A DNA stretch of 64,000 nucleotides from the NCBI GenBank assembly GCA_964187785.1, contig OZ076409.1, forward strand, positions 60,824,001 through 60,888,000. The letters are read 5' to 3'. This document shows positions 11,782-23,978 of the stretch, piece by piece; positions within the stretch are counted from its first letter, which is position 1; every line of letters begins with the position of its first letter. The stretch comes from Amphiscolops sp. MND2022. Lineage: Eukaryota. Below the pieces are notes generated by a model. The model was not told the DNA's origin and searched no databases. It saw only the letters and a list, made by a program, of their open reading frames with translations. Made by a program: the position numbers and the translations under genes.

Positions 11782-14700
11782 AATGCCGGAGAAAATTCAG
11801 CGAAAAAGTTGCGTGCCAGAGGCACATGTACAAAGACTGGGCACCAAGGAAGAGACCTGTTGAAGAACACCAGCTGGAGTTCACCTGCATTGCACAAAAA
11901 ATTTACAGTCGGGCAAATTTTATTTGTCGCTTTTGTGGATGCGGCGAGAAAGACGGAGGACCGTTCTTTAGCTATCACAGGACCGCTCAACACTCCCTCG
12001 GAAGAACTTGCACCCTGAAAGTGTTTGAGTTGCAAAGGGAGGAATAGTACCCAGGAAATTTGTTGGAACCAACACCAGAAAACATCGAGGAATTGTGCAA
12101 GGAAAGTTCTGCTTACGATTGCCTGAAGCAAAAATACAAATCGTTTTATCTTAAAGGGGAATCCGCTGTTCTTAAAAAAAAGCCCAAAGGCAATGTGCCA
12201 GGAGAGTACAGCTGGTCGGAAAAAAGACGGCGGGAGGGGAAAGGTTATTCCCATCGAATCAAAGACCTGATTAAAATCAAAGGGACCCCAAAGAAGAAGA
12301 TCGAACACCCACGATGGCAAGCGAGGATGGATTCGAGAAGAAGAAGAGAACAGAGAAGGACGTCACGTCGGTACCGTCGAGTTCACATCGAACCAGATTC
12401 TGACAGCGATGAAGAAGCCCTCCAGGAAGAGACCTGTGAGGAAGACGAAAGTGAAGAAGAAGTAGCCACACACGTTCGCCAAGGTACAATAAAATCCTAT
12501 CGTTTTACTTATATCAATTTTTCGACATACCAGTTTGACTACTTGCCAAACGATTCCACTGATACTTATCGAAAATATTCGAAAAACATCCACAAATCTT
12601 CTCAATAACTTTATGATGATTTTGACGATTTTTGTTTCAGATTCCGACAGCAATGAAGCCCTCCAGGAGGAGACCTATGAGGAAGACGAAAGTGAAGAAG
12701 AAGTAGTCACACACTTTCCCCAAGAAGAGAACCGTCAAGAAGACGAAAGTGAAGAAGAAGTAGCCACACACGTTCGCCAAGGTACAATAAAATCGTATCG
12801 TTTTACTCATATCAATTTTTCGACATACCAGTTTGACTACTTGCCAAACGATTCCACTGATACTTATCGAAAATATTCGAAAAACATCCACAAATCTTCT
12901 CAATAACTTTTTAATGATTTTGACGATTTTTGTTTCAGATTCCGACAGCAATGAAGCCCTCCAGGAGGAGACCTATGAGGAAGACGAAAGTGAAGAAGAA
13001 GTAGTCACACACTTTCCCCAAGAAGAGAACCGTCAAGAAGACGAAAGTGAAGAAGAAGTAGCCACACACGTTCGCCAAGGTACAATAAAATCCTATCGTT
13101 TTACTCATATCAATTTTTCGACATACCAGTTTGACTACTTGCCAAACGATTCCACTGATACTTATCGAAAATATTCGAAAAACATCCACAAATCTTCTCA
13201 ATAACTTTATGATGATTTTGACGATTTTTGTTTCAGATTCCGACAGCAATGAAGCCCTCCAGGAGGAGACCTATGAGGAAGACGAAAGTGAAGAAGTAGT
13301 CACACACTTTCCCCAAGAAGAGAACCGTCAAGAAGACGAAAGTGAAGAAGAAGTAGCCACACACGTTCGCCAAGGTACAATAAAATCCTATCGTTTTACT
13401 TATATCAATTTTTCGACATACCAGTTTGACTACTTGCCAAACGATTTCACTGATACTTATCGAAAATATTCGAAAAACATCCACAAATCTTCTCAATAAC
13501 TTTATAATGATTTTGACGATTTTTGTTTCAGATTCCGACAGCAATGGAGAAGCCCTCCAAGAAGAGAACCGTCAAGAAGATGCAAGTGAAAAAGTAGCCA
13601 CACACGTTCGCCAAGGTATAATAAAATCCTATTGTTTTTCCTATATCAATTTTTCTACACCAATTTGTGAACTACTTGTCAAACGATTCCACTGATACTT
13701 ATCGAAAATATCCGAAAAACATCCAATCTTCTCTAACATTATAATGATTTTGACGATTTTTGTTTCAGATTCCGACAGCAATGAAGCTCTCCAAGAAGAG
13801 AACCGTCAAGAAGATGAAAGTGAAAAAGTAGCCACACACGTTCGCCAAGGTACAATAAAATCCTATTGTTTTTCCTATATCAATTTTTCTACACCAATTT
13901 GTGAACTACTTGTCAAACGATTCCACTGATACTTATCGAAAATATCCGAAAAACATCCAATCTTCTCAATAACTTTATAATGATTTTGACGATTTTTGTT
14001 TCAGATTCTGACAGCAATGGAGAAGCCCTCCAAGAAGAGAACCGTCAAGAAGATGCAAGTGAAAAAGTAGCCACACACGTTCGCCAAGGTATAATAAAAT
14101 CCTATTGTTTTTCCTATATCAATTTTTCTACACCAATTTGTGAACTACTTGTCAAACGATTCCACTGATACTTATCGAAAATATCCGAAAAACATCCAAT
14201 CTTCTCTAACATTATAATGATTTTGACGATTTTTGTTTCAGATTCCGACAGCAATGAAGCTCTCCAAGAAGAGAACCGTCAAGAATTTGAAAGTGAAAAA
14301 GTAGCCACACACGTTCGCCAAGGTACAATAAAATCCTATTGTTTTACCTATATCAATTTTTCTACACCAATTTGACTACTTGTCAAACGATTCCACTGAT
14401 ACTTATCGAAAATATCCGAAAAACATCCAATCTTCTCTAACTTTATTATGATTTTGACGATTTTTGTTTCAGATTCCGACAGCAATGAAGCCCTCCAAGA
14501 AGAGAACCGTCAAGAAGATGAAAGTGAAAAAGTAGCCACACACGTTCGCCAAGGTACAATAAAATCCTATTGTTTTACCTATATCATTTTTTCTACACCA
14601 ATTTGACTACTTGTCAAACGATTCCACTGATACTTATCGAAAATATCCGAAAAACATCCAATCTTCTCTAACTTTATTATGATTTTGACGACTTTTGTTT

Positions 14701-17332
14701 CAGATTCTGACAACGATGAAGAAGCCCTCCAGGAAGAGATCTGTGAGGAAGACGAAAGTGAAAAAGAAGTAGCCACACACGTTCGCCAAGGTACAATAAA
14801 ATCCTATTGTTTTACCTATATCATTTTTTCTACACCAATTTGACTACTTGTCAAACGATTCCACTGATACTTATCGAAAATATCCGAAAAACATCCAATC
14901 TTCTCTAAGTTTATTATTGTTTTGACGATTTTTGTTTCAGATTCTGACAACGATGAAGAAGCCCTCCAGGAAGAGACCTGTGAGGAAGACGAAAGTGAAG
15001 AAGAAGTAGCCACACACGTTCGCCAAGGTACAATAAAATCCTATCGTTTTACTTATATCAATTTTTGTACACCAATTTGCCTACTTGTCAAACGATTCCA
15101 CTGATACTTATCGAGAATATTCGAAAAACATCCACAAATCTCAATAATTTTATAATGATTTTGACGATTTTTGTTTCAGATTCCGACAGCAATGAAGCCC
15201 TTCAGGAAGAGACCTGTGAGGAAGACGAAAGTGAAGAAGAAGTAGCCACACACGTTCGCCAAGGTACAATAAAATTCAGTTTTCATAAAATATTGTTTCT
15301 CAGTTATTTGTTAAAAGAGATGAAAGGTAAAAAGCAAAAAAAATCAAAAAATCTTTACTTTTAAAAATAAAATCGGATTGAGTTAATTTTTAAAAAAATC
15401 GGATTTTGTTCCATCCATGTGTTCAAGGCAGTTTTACTAATACTTGTGCATATGTGTTTTTAGACACGACTTCGACTTGTTTACCTATATCAATATTACG
15501 TATCGAAAATATTCGACAAACAACCAATCATCTCAATAACGTTAAATTGATTTTGACGATGTTTGTTTCAGATTCTGACAGCAATGAAGAATCCCTCCAG
15601 GAAGAGAACCGTGAGGAAGACGAAAGTGAAGAAGTAGCCACACACAATCCCCAAGGTACAATAAAATCCTATTGTTTTACCTATATCAAAATTTCTACAT
15701 ACCAATTTTACTACTTGCCAAACGAATCCACTGATACTCATCAAAAGTATTCGAAAAACATCTACCAATCATTTAAAAAACTTTATTATGATATTGACAA
15801 TTTTCGTTTCAGATTCCAACAGCTACGAACAGGTTCAAGCAGAAGATGAAGAAGTTTCTCTGGTTGCATTTGTGGATGAAGCAGAGCATCATGAGCTGCT
15901 GGATGTAATCAGAGAATCTTCCGGGTCCGAGATGCGAGTTTGCTGCACCAATGTTTCCAGCAGCGAAATAGAGGAGGAGCTGCAGCGGAAAAGAGCCTGT
16001 ATTGTTCGAGGACATATGGATGGTATGAAATTGCCCAACATCAACTTTGGAGCGCGAAGAAACATCTTCGAAGACTGTCTACACGCAGAAGATGTACAAT
16101 TATCTGTCCGAATGTACAAACCTGTCAGTGTTCGTTTTTGGCTTCGTCTTTTTAACTTCACCAATGAAAACCGAACATTTAAAAAATATTAGGGTTTTTA
16201 TATTTTAAAACCAAAATTGTAGATCTTCGAAGTGTATTCTTTTTTCATATACAACACATGTCTATTTCAGCTGCAAAAACTCCTGTGTTTGACACTCTCA
16301 GGAAAAGATTTTGTAAATGCCATTGAGTTTGGAGCTATGAGCGGCCCAATGAATGTCTTTGATCTTAGCTCCAGTCTCACAAAGAACTTGCATTTCGATG
16401 TACCAACGGCAGTTAAAGAACTTTCAGTGTCTCATTTATTCAATTTTGAGCTGGAGCAAAATTGCTATATTCTTCTCAGTCAAAAAGGTTCCATTACACC
16501 TTGGCATGTTGACTACACGAATACCAGCGTCTTTTACCATCTTCTTCACGGTAAAAAAGAGTTTTTCATGATTCCTGGAACAGTTCGAAACCAAGAAATT
16601 CTCGAGAATTGGTGCATTGAGGCAACAAAACAAAATGTTTTCCTACCAAGTGACACCCACCTCCAAAGTCAAGTGTTTAAAGTGACGATAACAGGCGGCG
16701 AGTCAATGATCATGCCAGCAGGCATGATACATATGGTCAGAACCTGTGCGGACAGCGTGGCCGTGGGATTCAATTTTCTCACCATCTGTGATCTAGGTAA
16801 TTTTGAAATTCAGTTTTCATATAATTGTTTCTCAGTTGTTTGTTAGAAGAGATAAAAGGTAAAAAGCAAAAAAATCGAAAAAATCTTCATTTTTAAAATT
16901 AAAATCGGATTAAGTTAATTTCTCAAAAAAATTCGGGTTTTACTTCTTCTATGGGTTCGAGGCAGTTTTACTAATGCTTGTGCATATTTGTTTTTAGACA
17001 CGACTTTGACTGTTTACCAGAGGGAACGGGACAATGATGAACCTCTTGAGAAATGTTTCCCACATTTCTTATCGTTAATGACGAAAGTTATTCTAGAGAG
17101 TGCCATTGGGAACTGTAGGCTAATGAAATGGGAGCTTCTGGCCAAAGCACTACATGTCCTCAGCTTCAATTCCAAAAATGACAGCCGATCCAAGAGCAAT
17201 CGACGAAAATTTGTGCAAACTATCAACCGGTACATGTCTCTCAATTTCCCAAACAGGAACATATCATTAACTCACCTATTTCAAATTGTTGACAAAAAAC
17301 TCGGTCGAAACACTTTTTGGTCTCTTGATTGA
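11782..17332 (+). CDS. JmjC histone demethylase, KDM2/KDM7 (JHDM1/PHF8)-like, multi-exon; one in-frame TAG at 12045-12047; first exon not located
   Basis: Exon 11782-12483 (C/H zinc-finger-like, then basic tract), 12 acidic phase-1 exons, then 15813-16123, 16271-16796 and 16998-17332, all with compatible GT/AG phases. JmjC motifs SITPWHVDYTNTSVFYHLLHGKKEFFMIP and MPAGMIHMVRTCADSVAVGFNFL (H-x-D...H triad and 2-oxoglutarate-binding T/K intact). Post-JmjC helix VYQRERD...CFPHF. Confidence 0.85.
12397..15830 (+). repeat. Tandem exon+intron array (period ~298 bp, then ~231-239 bp) inside the JmjC gene
   Basis: Acceptors tttcag|ATTC precede exon starts at 12641, 12939, 13237, 13532, 13769, 14005, 14242, 14473, 14704, 14941, 15180, 15572 and 15813. 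Donors are CAAG|gtacaa/gtataa. Exon peptide DSDSNEALQEE..EDESEEEVATHVRQ. Confidence 0.95.
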
Positions 17333-17733
17333 TTAGTTCGTTGAAAACCATTTTCGAGATGAAATTTTTTGTTTTACATATTCCTAACCTTTATTATTTT
17401 ATTTCATTGTATTGATATATATTATTATTAAATCTCGAAACTTGTTTTCAGCGAAGTATTTCAGCACTTGATGCAATTTCGCAGTTTACTGTAGTAATAC
17501 TTTAGAATTTTGAATTCCAGTTCTTGGTCTTTGAAAGATTTGGTTTTATTCTTTCTTTTCGGTTTTTACTTAGTATTTTGCGCTGCTACTTTTTGGTACG
17601 TTTCAATTTTGAATTTGTTTAAAACAATTCGAATGATTCAATTAAATTTTGACAATAAAAACAGGTAAAAATAATTTATTATTGTTCGAATCAAAGTTTT
17701 CACGATTTATCAATTATGATTATCAAATGATTC

Positions 17734-20700
17734 TCAGTCTGATGAGTCTGAGGATGATTCATCGTGTTCTTTCTGAGCGTCATTCATTTTTTCTTGTTCG
17801 CGCTTCTTCAGCATTTCTCGTCGTTTACGAAGTACCGATGTTATAGCTGAAGTTGTGTTTTGTAGTTCGGGATTCCTCTGAAGAAGGAAAATTTTGCGAT
17901 GATCACGAACAGAAGTTGATGGGATGTCTGGCCCTGGTTTGAACGCAAAAGACTCCACATCCAAAATTGTTGAAGTTTCGATACTTTTCAAAATATAGTC
18001 AACGGATAGAAACGTAAGTCCACGACTGGCCAAGTGTCGTAAAACGTAACTGGTTCGACTTGGTTCATTTAGTTTCCTTTTTTTGCATTTTCCTTTGGCC
18101 ATAACTTCTGTCACTTGTGGCAAAGAATCACACGACGTTGTTGCACTAATAAGATCTGTGTCATTTTGGAGAACCACGTAAATGTGTGGCAACTTGGAGT
18201 GTCTGGAGAGGAGAGTATTCAATGCTGCTCGTTCTAGAACTTTCCCTCCCGCTTTTTTGATAACTTTTTTGAGACACTCAGCGGGTCCAAGAGTTTTTCC
18301 ATCTTGGTTTTCATGTTGAATTCGTTGCTCTTTATTGAATTTCCCGTGCAGAAAGAATCTCGATCCTGGAGCAAACGGAATATTGTTTAGTTCTGTGAAA
18401 ACAATTGGTTATATACCGAACTTCGAATATGTAACAACAGGTTTCTAAGGTGGTCCTTCCATTGCCGAACGTGCTTATTGCCGTATAATTCTAAGACGGT
18501 TTTGCATGTACAGTAGTGAGATTATCAAAAACTTAGTATTTTCGAAAACGCCTATTTTTACAGCGTGGTTTCATTGAGACTTTAATATAATTTCTCAATC
18601 AAAACATATCAAGTCCTTCAGTCAAATGCTTTTTGATAGATATTTGATTCTAAAATTTGCCTTTTGTTGCTTTTAATAATATCACTACTGTATTCTATTT
18701 TCTTTGCTACGATCGTTCTGAACAGGTATGTAATTGCATCATTCAAAACTCACTGTTAAGCGAAGAACTAATTGCAAATAATAAGTTGAAAACATAAAAA
18801 TAAGTAGATTGAGATTGGATTTCTCTCTCCGCCAGAGAGAATTCCAATCTCAATCTACTCACTAATTGCCACAGTTGTTGAATGCGCGGTCGTCACCGGC
18901 AATCGACATCTATGGCAAGTAATACCAGCCAATGGCTACCACACACAATACCAGACACAATACCAGCCACTGGTTACCGAAGGCTGCACCAACAGCGGCG
19001 CAGAGAAGCGAACCTGTATACCAAGAGCGAACGAGCGGCGGAACGACGGAACGTCGCACGAAGTAACCACTACGCCAGTGGTACTTGGAATCTGTTGCTG
19101 TTTTGAGGAAGTTTTTCATCCGAGTAACTTAGGACTAATATTTGTCAACGTGTTGCGGTGCAATACAAATATTCAGCAAAACTCAAGTCAAACATTTGTT
19201 CAACGATCCACTACATTTATTTCGGAGTCGCAAGAAAAGCAAAATTCACACTATATTGTTGGTTTATCCAACTAAATTTCGCTAAATTTATACCACTTAG
19301 GTTTCATAACCAAAAAAGTTGGACGTGGGCATATAGGTACAAAAAAAATCCTTACCCAAGAAAAGGCGGGACTTCTCTCGAACTTTTCCAACGGGAATGA
19401 TGGCTTTCTCAGTTGGTCCCAGGGAGTCTAAAAAAGATAGGTTCACCTCTATGGGTTCATTGAAAAGCCGTTGATGGCAAAGTGAGAGCTGTTCGTCGAT
19501 TGTGCCTTCCAAAGACGAAAACCGGAGACCAGAACAGAAAGTGAAAAACATTTCGAGAAACATGGGGTCGGCGTGTCGAACTGTCCCTCCCCCTCGCATG
19601 GTCTTTTGCTGAAAGTCTCTATGGACATGATGATTTGATTTTTCGGGGCCTTCGCACAGGTGGTTAAAGGGTGATTCAATGTAGCCTCCTTCTAACAGCT
19701 GGGGAATCAGGCACAGTTTCAGTCTGTACGGTGTCAAACCTAGTTTTACATCGAACAGTACAATCGAAATGTGATAGTGGATTTCTGACCAGTATTTATA
19801 GTCGGAAAAGTCCTGTTCTTCGAATTTCTTCCTCGTCCTCATCAGCACGGTAAGCTGATTTAGTGACTTTCTCCAGAGTTCAGCTGCAACCAAAAGTTTC
19901 ATTTGACATGGGCTTTCGATATTTTCGAATGAATTGGGATGAAGATTTTTCAACACATTCATGCTTGCACTTTTTGTACCCGACAAGGCTCCAACAGTCT
20001 TGTTCTCGGAAAAAACTCCTTCGAACAGTTCATGCTGAACACCAGCCTCAGCAAGTTCGTACATATCAGCAATGCCAGTGATAGCTTCTCTGCCACTAAG
20101 GGAAATGGGAGCACATTTTTTGTTGCGTTTGTCAATGTCAAATTCGAAGCCAGGCTCTTTCCAACCTCTCTCGGTCAAATTGCGCTGAAAATTTTCCCTA
20201 ATATAATCAACTGTAGCTGAGTCATCTTCAGATTGGAGAATTTTCAACTCCATGAACTTTCTAATGTCTCCCTCGACACACCTTGTTATTGCATGAGTGC
20301 CGTCAGGACAAACGCATCTGATGTCTGGCAAAAACGTCAAACTTTCATGAGGAATGGTGGTTCGAAATGGTAGGCGAACATCACCTCGATGTCCACTTTT
20401 TTCGTGCACGGTTTCTGGTTTAACTGAATCGTCATTCCCAAGATACATCTGCAATTTTGATGGATTTTCTTCACTCTCCATGTGATCAACAGAGGTTCCA
20501 ATGAGAAGGCGATTTAGGAATGGTTGATCTCCACTGTATGTTAAAAGGACTCCGGCGTCATGGAGTTGTTTCGTCTGCTGGTAAAGCCAAGAGGAATCTT
20601 GCTCACCTAGTTGTAGGTACCCGACATTTTGCTCTAGCAACCAACGACCGTCGTGACCTGTAAACACGTATTGTAAAGTGTGCGAAGCTAACCTAGAGCT

Positions 20701-21700
20701 AAATTATATTTAAAGATTCAGCAGGACAAAATAGCAGAACATACCTTGGAAAACAGCAAAAGAGAAGAGTGCATCTGATGACTGATTGCTGATAGATGTT
20801 CCTTCGAGAAAACGGAAGGCCATTCGAGTTTGATCCTTTTTCCCTATTTGAACACCATCTCCCCAAATATCAACTTTCAGACCTTGCAAATCAGTTCTTC
20901 CTTTGAACAGAATGAATGTCATGACTTTGATAGCACGTACAAGATCAATTCTGAATCCCGAGAAAGTGTTTTTTGGTTTGAATAGGGATATAAACTTTGA
21001 AATCATCGGTTTTGACATCTCTTTGATCGCCGTATAACCAGGAATTAGTTGTTTTTGACCCAGTCCATCGACATGGAAAGTTTTTTTCAGCGTGTTGATC
21101 ATATTTATCCAACTACCAGTTTTAGTACAGATAAATATGTCTGACTTCAGCTTTTCGTACGATAAATAGTTTGAAAAAACACCCTTAACCAGAGCCTTGG
21201 CTTCAAATTGATGCAGAGAGGTCTTCTGGGCCTTAGTATGAATCCGCTTTTGTTCTGTAGCTGCTAATGTTGCGAGAATTGTATGCATCTTCTGACTGAA
21301 ACCTGATTCAGGTTTAGAAAACTGCTCCACTGGGATTGTTGGCATTGGAAGTGGATTGACAAAAGGTTGTGAGTCGGGAATTAGCTGCGGCGTATTTGGG
21401 AAAAAATAGGACACGTATCTTCTTCGTAATTGTGTCCATGGAAACCCACTTTGTAAACCACGAACAATTATTATTTGCAATATTCCAATTGCAACAAAGC
21501 AAGTTTTTTTTGTTTATTACACAATCTTCGAGTTTTAATTCAGTTCCTTCAATTACTATTTCGATCGCGCTTTTCAGTTTTCGAGATTTTTCTCTTATAA
21601 TATGCCCAGCAAAAACATCCAAAATTTTAGCATCCACAAAACTTTTTCCATCAATTGTTTCAGTGTAATCGTGCAGAAGCTTCTCGGGGTGTATTGTCAT
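17734..21700 (-). CDS. DDE transposase (RAG1/Transib/CMC-like) with C-terminal BRCT domain (~962 aa; exons 21700-20745, 20657-19356, 18365-17734; one frameshift in the T8 run at 21504-21511)
   Basis: Ordered motifs KVDIWGDG (D1), YSGDQPFL (D2), PDGTHAITR (DxxH), LTPY and LCEGPEKSNH (E), comparable with RAG1 SCDG / GYDEK / DALH / ITNY / SEGNESGNK. Spliced LFLG|SRFFLHGKF...LKKVIKKAGGKV...LSVDYILKSI is BRCT-like. Both introns are phase 1 and in frame. Confidence 0.78.
18511..18690. mobile_element. MITE with TA TSD, copy 2, in transposase intron 2
   Basis: TA|CAGTAGTGAGATTAT...ATAATATCACTACTG|TA; its right ~70 bp match the left end of 8425-8661 in inverted orientation. Confidence 0.7.
18803..18859. 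repeat. Near-perfect hairpin (25/26-bp stem, CCGCC loop)
   Basis: agtagattgagattggatttctctct-ccgcc-agagagaattccaatctcaatctact. Confidence 0.9.
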
Positions 21701-21789
21701 CCTGATTGTCGTACGTCGAAAGTTATATTGGAAGTTATTCTAGTAGTTGTTGTTTTTTCAAAAGCGTATTGACACTTTATCGTTTCCAC

Positions 21790-22150
21790 ACTAGCGTTTC
21801 CATTCTTGAAATGCGTCTGCTGGTTCGCAAAGCGTTTGACAAAAAATTATAAAATTATCGTATTACGTTATTGATGTTATTGATTATATCGGAAATAAAT
21901 CGAGTAATTGTAGTTTTAGCGTGTTCACACTCACGTGGATTTTGAAATGCGTCTGCTTGATCGAAAAGCGTTTGACAAAATATTATAAAATTATCGTATT
22001 ACGTTATTGATGTTATTGATTATATCGGAAATAAATCGAGTAATTGTAGTTTTAGCGTGCTCACACTCACGTGGATTTTGAAATGCGTCTGCTTGATCGA
22101 AAAGCGTTTGACAAAAAATTATAAATTTATCGTGCTACGTTTTGGATGTT
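21790..22150. repeat. 136-bp tandem repeat (~2.6 copies) between the divergent transposase and Tudor genes
   Basis: atgcgtctg at 21811, 21947 and 22083 with near-identical intervening sequence; the motif recurs near 22188 and 22210. Confidence 0.9.
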
Positions 22151-22409
22151 CCGTGCAAAAGTGTCTGGGGGTTTATTGTCATTTAAAATGCGTCTGACAA
22201 TTAATTAATATGCGTCTGACATTTAAAAATCATCTTATGCGTATGTAACGATTTGAGTCGATCAAACTCACTTGATAATCATTTGTCCCGATAACGATTT
22301 TATTTGCTCAAACTTGCTTGATAAACATTAGTGGCAAATGCAATACTGAAAATACTCGTTTACGAAATTAAATTTCTTGAAAAATAAAGCACTAATTTCA
22401 TTAATTGAA

Positions 22410-23978
22410 ATGGATTTCATCAGTGTTTTTGATATGAAAGAGCAAGTTCAAGTTTTGGATCCTGCAACAAAAATTTGGGAAGATGCTCGCATCATTGGGT
22501 TTGAAGGATCATTTGGAATCCGAGTGAAATACCTCAATTGGCCCGATAAACTTGTGAAGCGATTCGGATCAGACAGAATTGAAGTGTCCCCCAACACACC
22601 CCAAAATTGCTGGCCGGTTAGAAAATGTATAGTATTACAAGATGTCCGCGGTCGCCGGAAATCCAAGAAGCCAGCAGAAACCGTTTTTGACATCCCCGAC
22701 CCAAGAAAGCGCCAACTAGGGGACAGAATCTTTTTCACTGGGACATCACGGAAATCACCAGCGGACATTCCTAGTTTGGAAGAGGTTAGAAAAGATGCCG
22801 AGGAGTCGAAGCTGCTGAACTCGGGTTATGTTGTCATGAATGACCCATTCCAGCAAAATATGGCTGTTTCCTTCGACGGGCGCACAAAGGACATCCAGTT
22901 CATCGACTATGAACAAATTCGTCCGAAGAACTGGACTCATCCTGACACGAGGCAGCCTTCAGAGTTTGATTCGGAGCCCGAAGATGTCCAACCATCGCGG
23001 CAAAAAAAGAGAGTAGTAGAAACAGATGCAGAACCAGAACCCACTATAACCACTCCCAGACAGAAAATTGATATTGCCGCATATATTGCGAGTCTTGCCG
23101 AGAAAGACGAACTTCTGGACATTGTACCCTGCGAAAATGGTATTGCATCAGCAGGTAAATGATCAATTTGATTATTACTAGTCTAACTTCTACGGTACTA
23201 AAAAAAATCAAACAAAAAAACTGAAACCAAGTTTTTTGCCACGAGCGTCCTCTCGAAAAATTTACATGCTTATAGAAACTTTGTCGCATAAATCTTTCTC
23301 AAGTGGTTAATAAATTATTATTACTAAATGAAACTGAATATTCGCATTCTGTTATCAGGTGACCACGTTACGATAAACATTAGGAGCACGGTCTTCACGA
23401 TGAAATTGGAGAAGATATGGTTCGACGTGGAGATGAAGAAGGCCATGGCGAAACTGGTCGATGAAGAAGACAGATGCTACTCCATCACTTACCCAGCTGT
23501 AAAGCTAGTGTTGACAGAAGCAAACTACATGAAGCAGAAAGCTCTGGACTTGTCCGCAGCTTGTTCACCTGTGAATAGAGCTTTTCATTACCTGTCAGCG
23601 CTGAAACCTTTGGTCGGGATATCCCAGTCCAAACGCACAATGATGAATCAGGACATTTGCTTGGTTGACGAAATTTCCAAGAATATCTTTTTAATGGGTT
23701 CTGGACACCAAGTCAAATTTCATATAGATCCTGACTCAGAAAAGTTCCACAAAAATGCAGAATGGGACAGTACCCTAGGCCGACAATGGGATATGCTCCC
23801 ACCAATCTTCCCTAAAACTTTCTGCCACATTATCAAAAGCCTAAAATTTTCAATTAACAACGATTTTCTGCTGAAAACTGTGCGAGTATCTATCGATTGT
23901 TTCCAGGACAATTTAAATGGCGATGACGAATATCGTCGTTCCGCAGCCAATAATTGCAGAAGTCAGTTTAGTTTTTAA
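22410..23978 (+). CDS. Tudor/chromo-barrel (Royal family) domain protein (~454 aa; exons 22410-23154, 23359-23978)
   Basis: N-terminal FDMKEQVQVLDPATKIWEDARIIGFEGSFGIRVKYLNWP fits the F-x-x-x-x-x-V-x-V-x-D...W-x-x-A-x-I...V-x-Y-x-x-W barrel pattern. A phase-1 GT..AG intron joins ASA-G-DHV in frame. Confidence 0.68.

Noticed and set aside
12397..15830. CRISPR-like or non-coding satellite array; many short ORFs in the track
   Set aside because: There are no unique spacers. The units are exon+intron duplications, and the listed ORFs are read-through into introns or antisense shadows.
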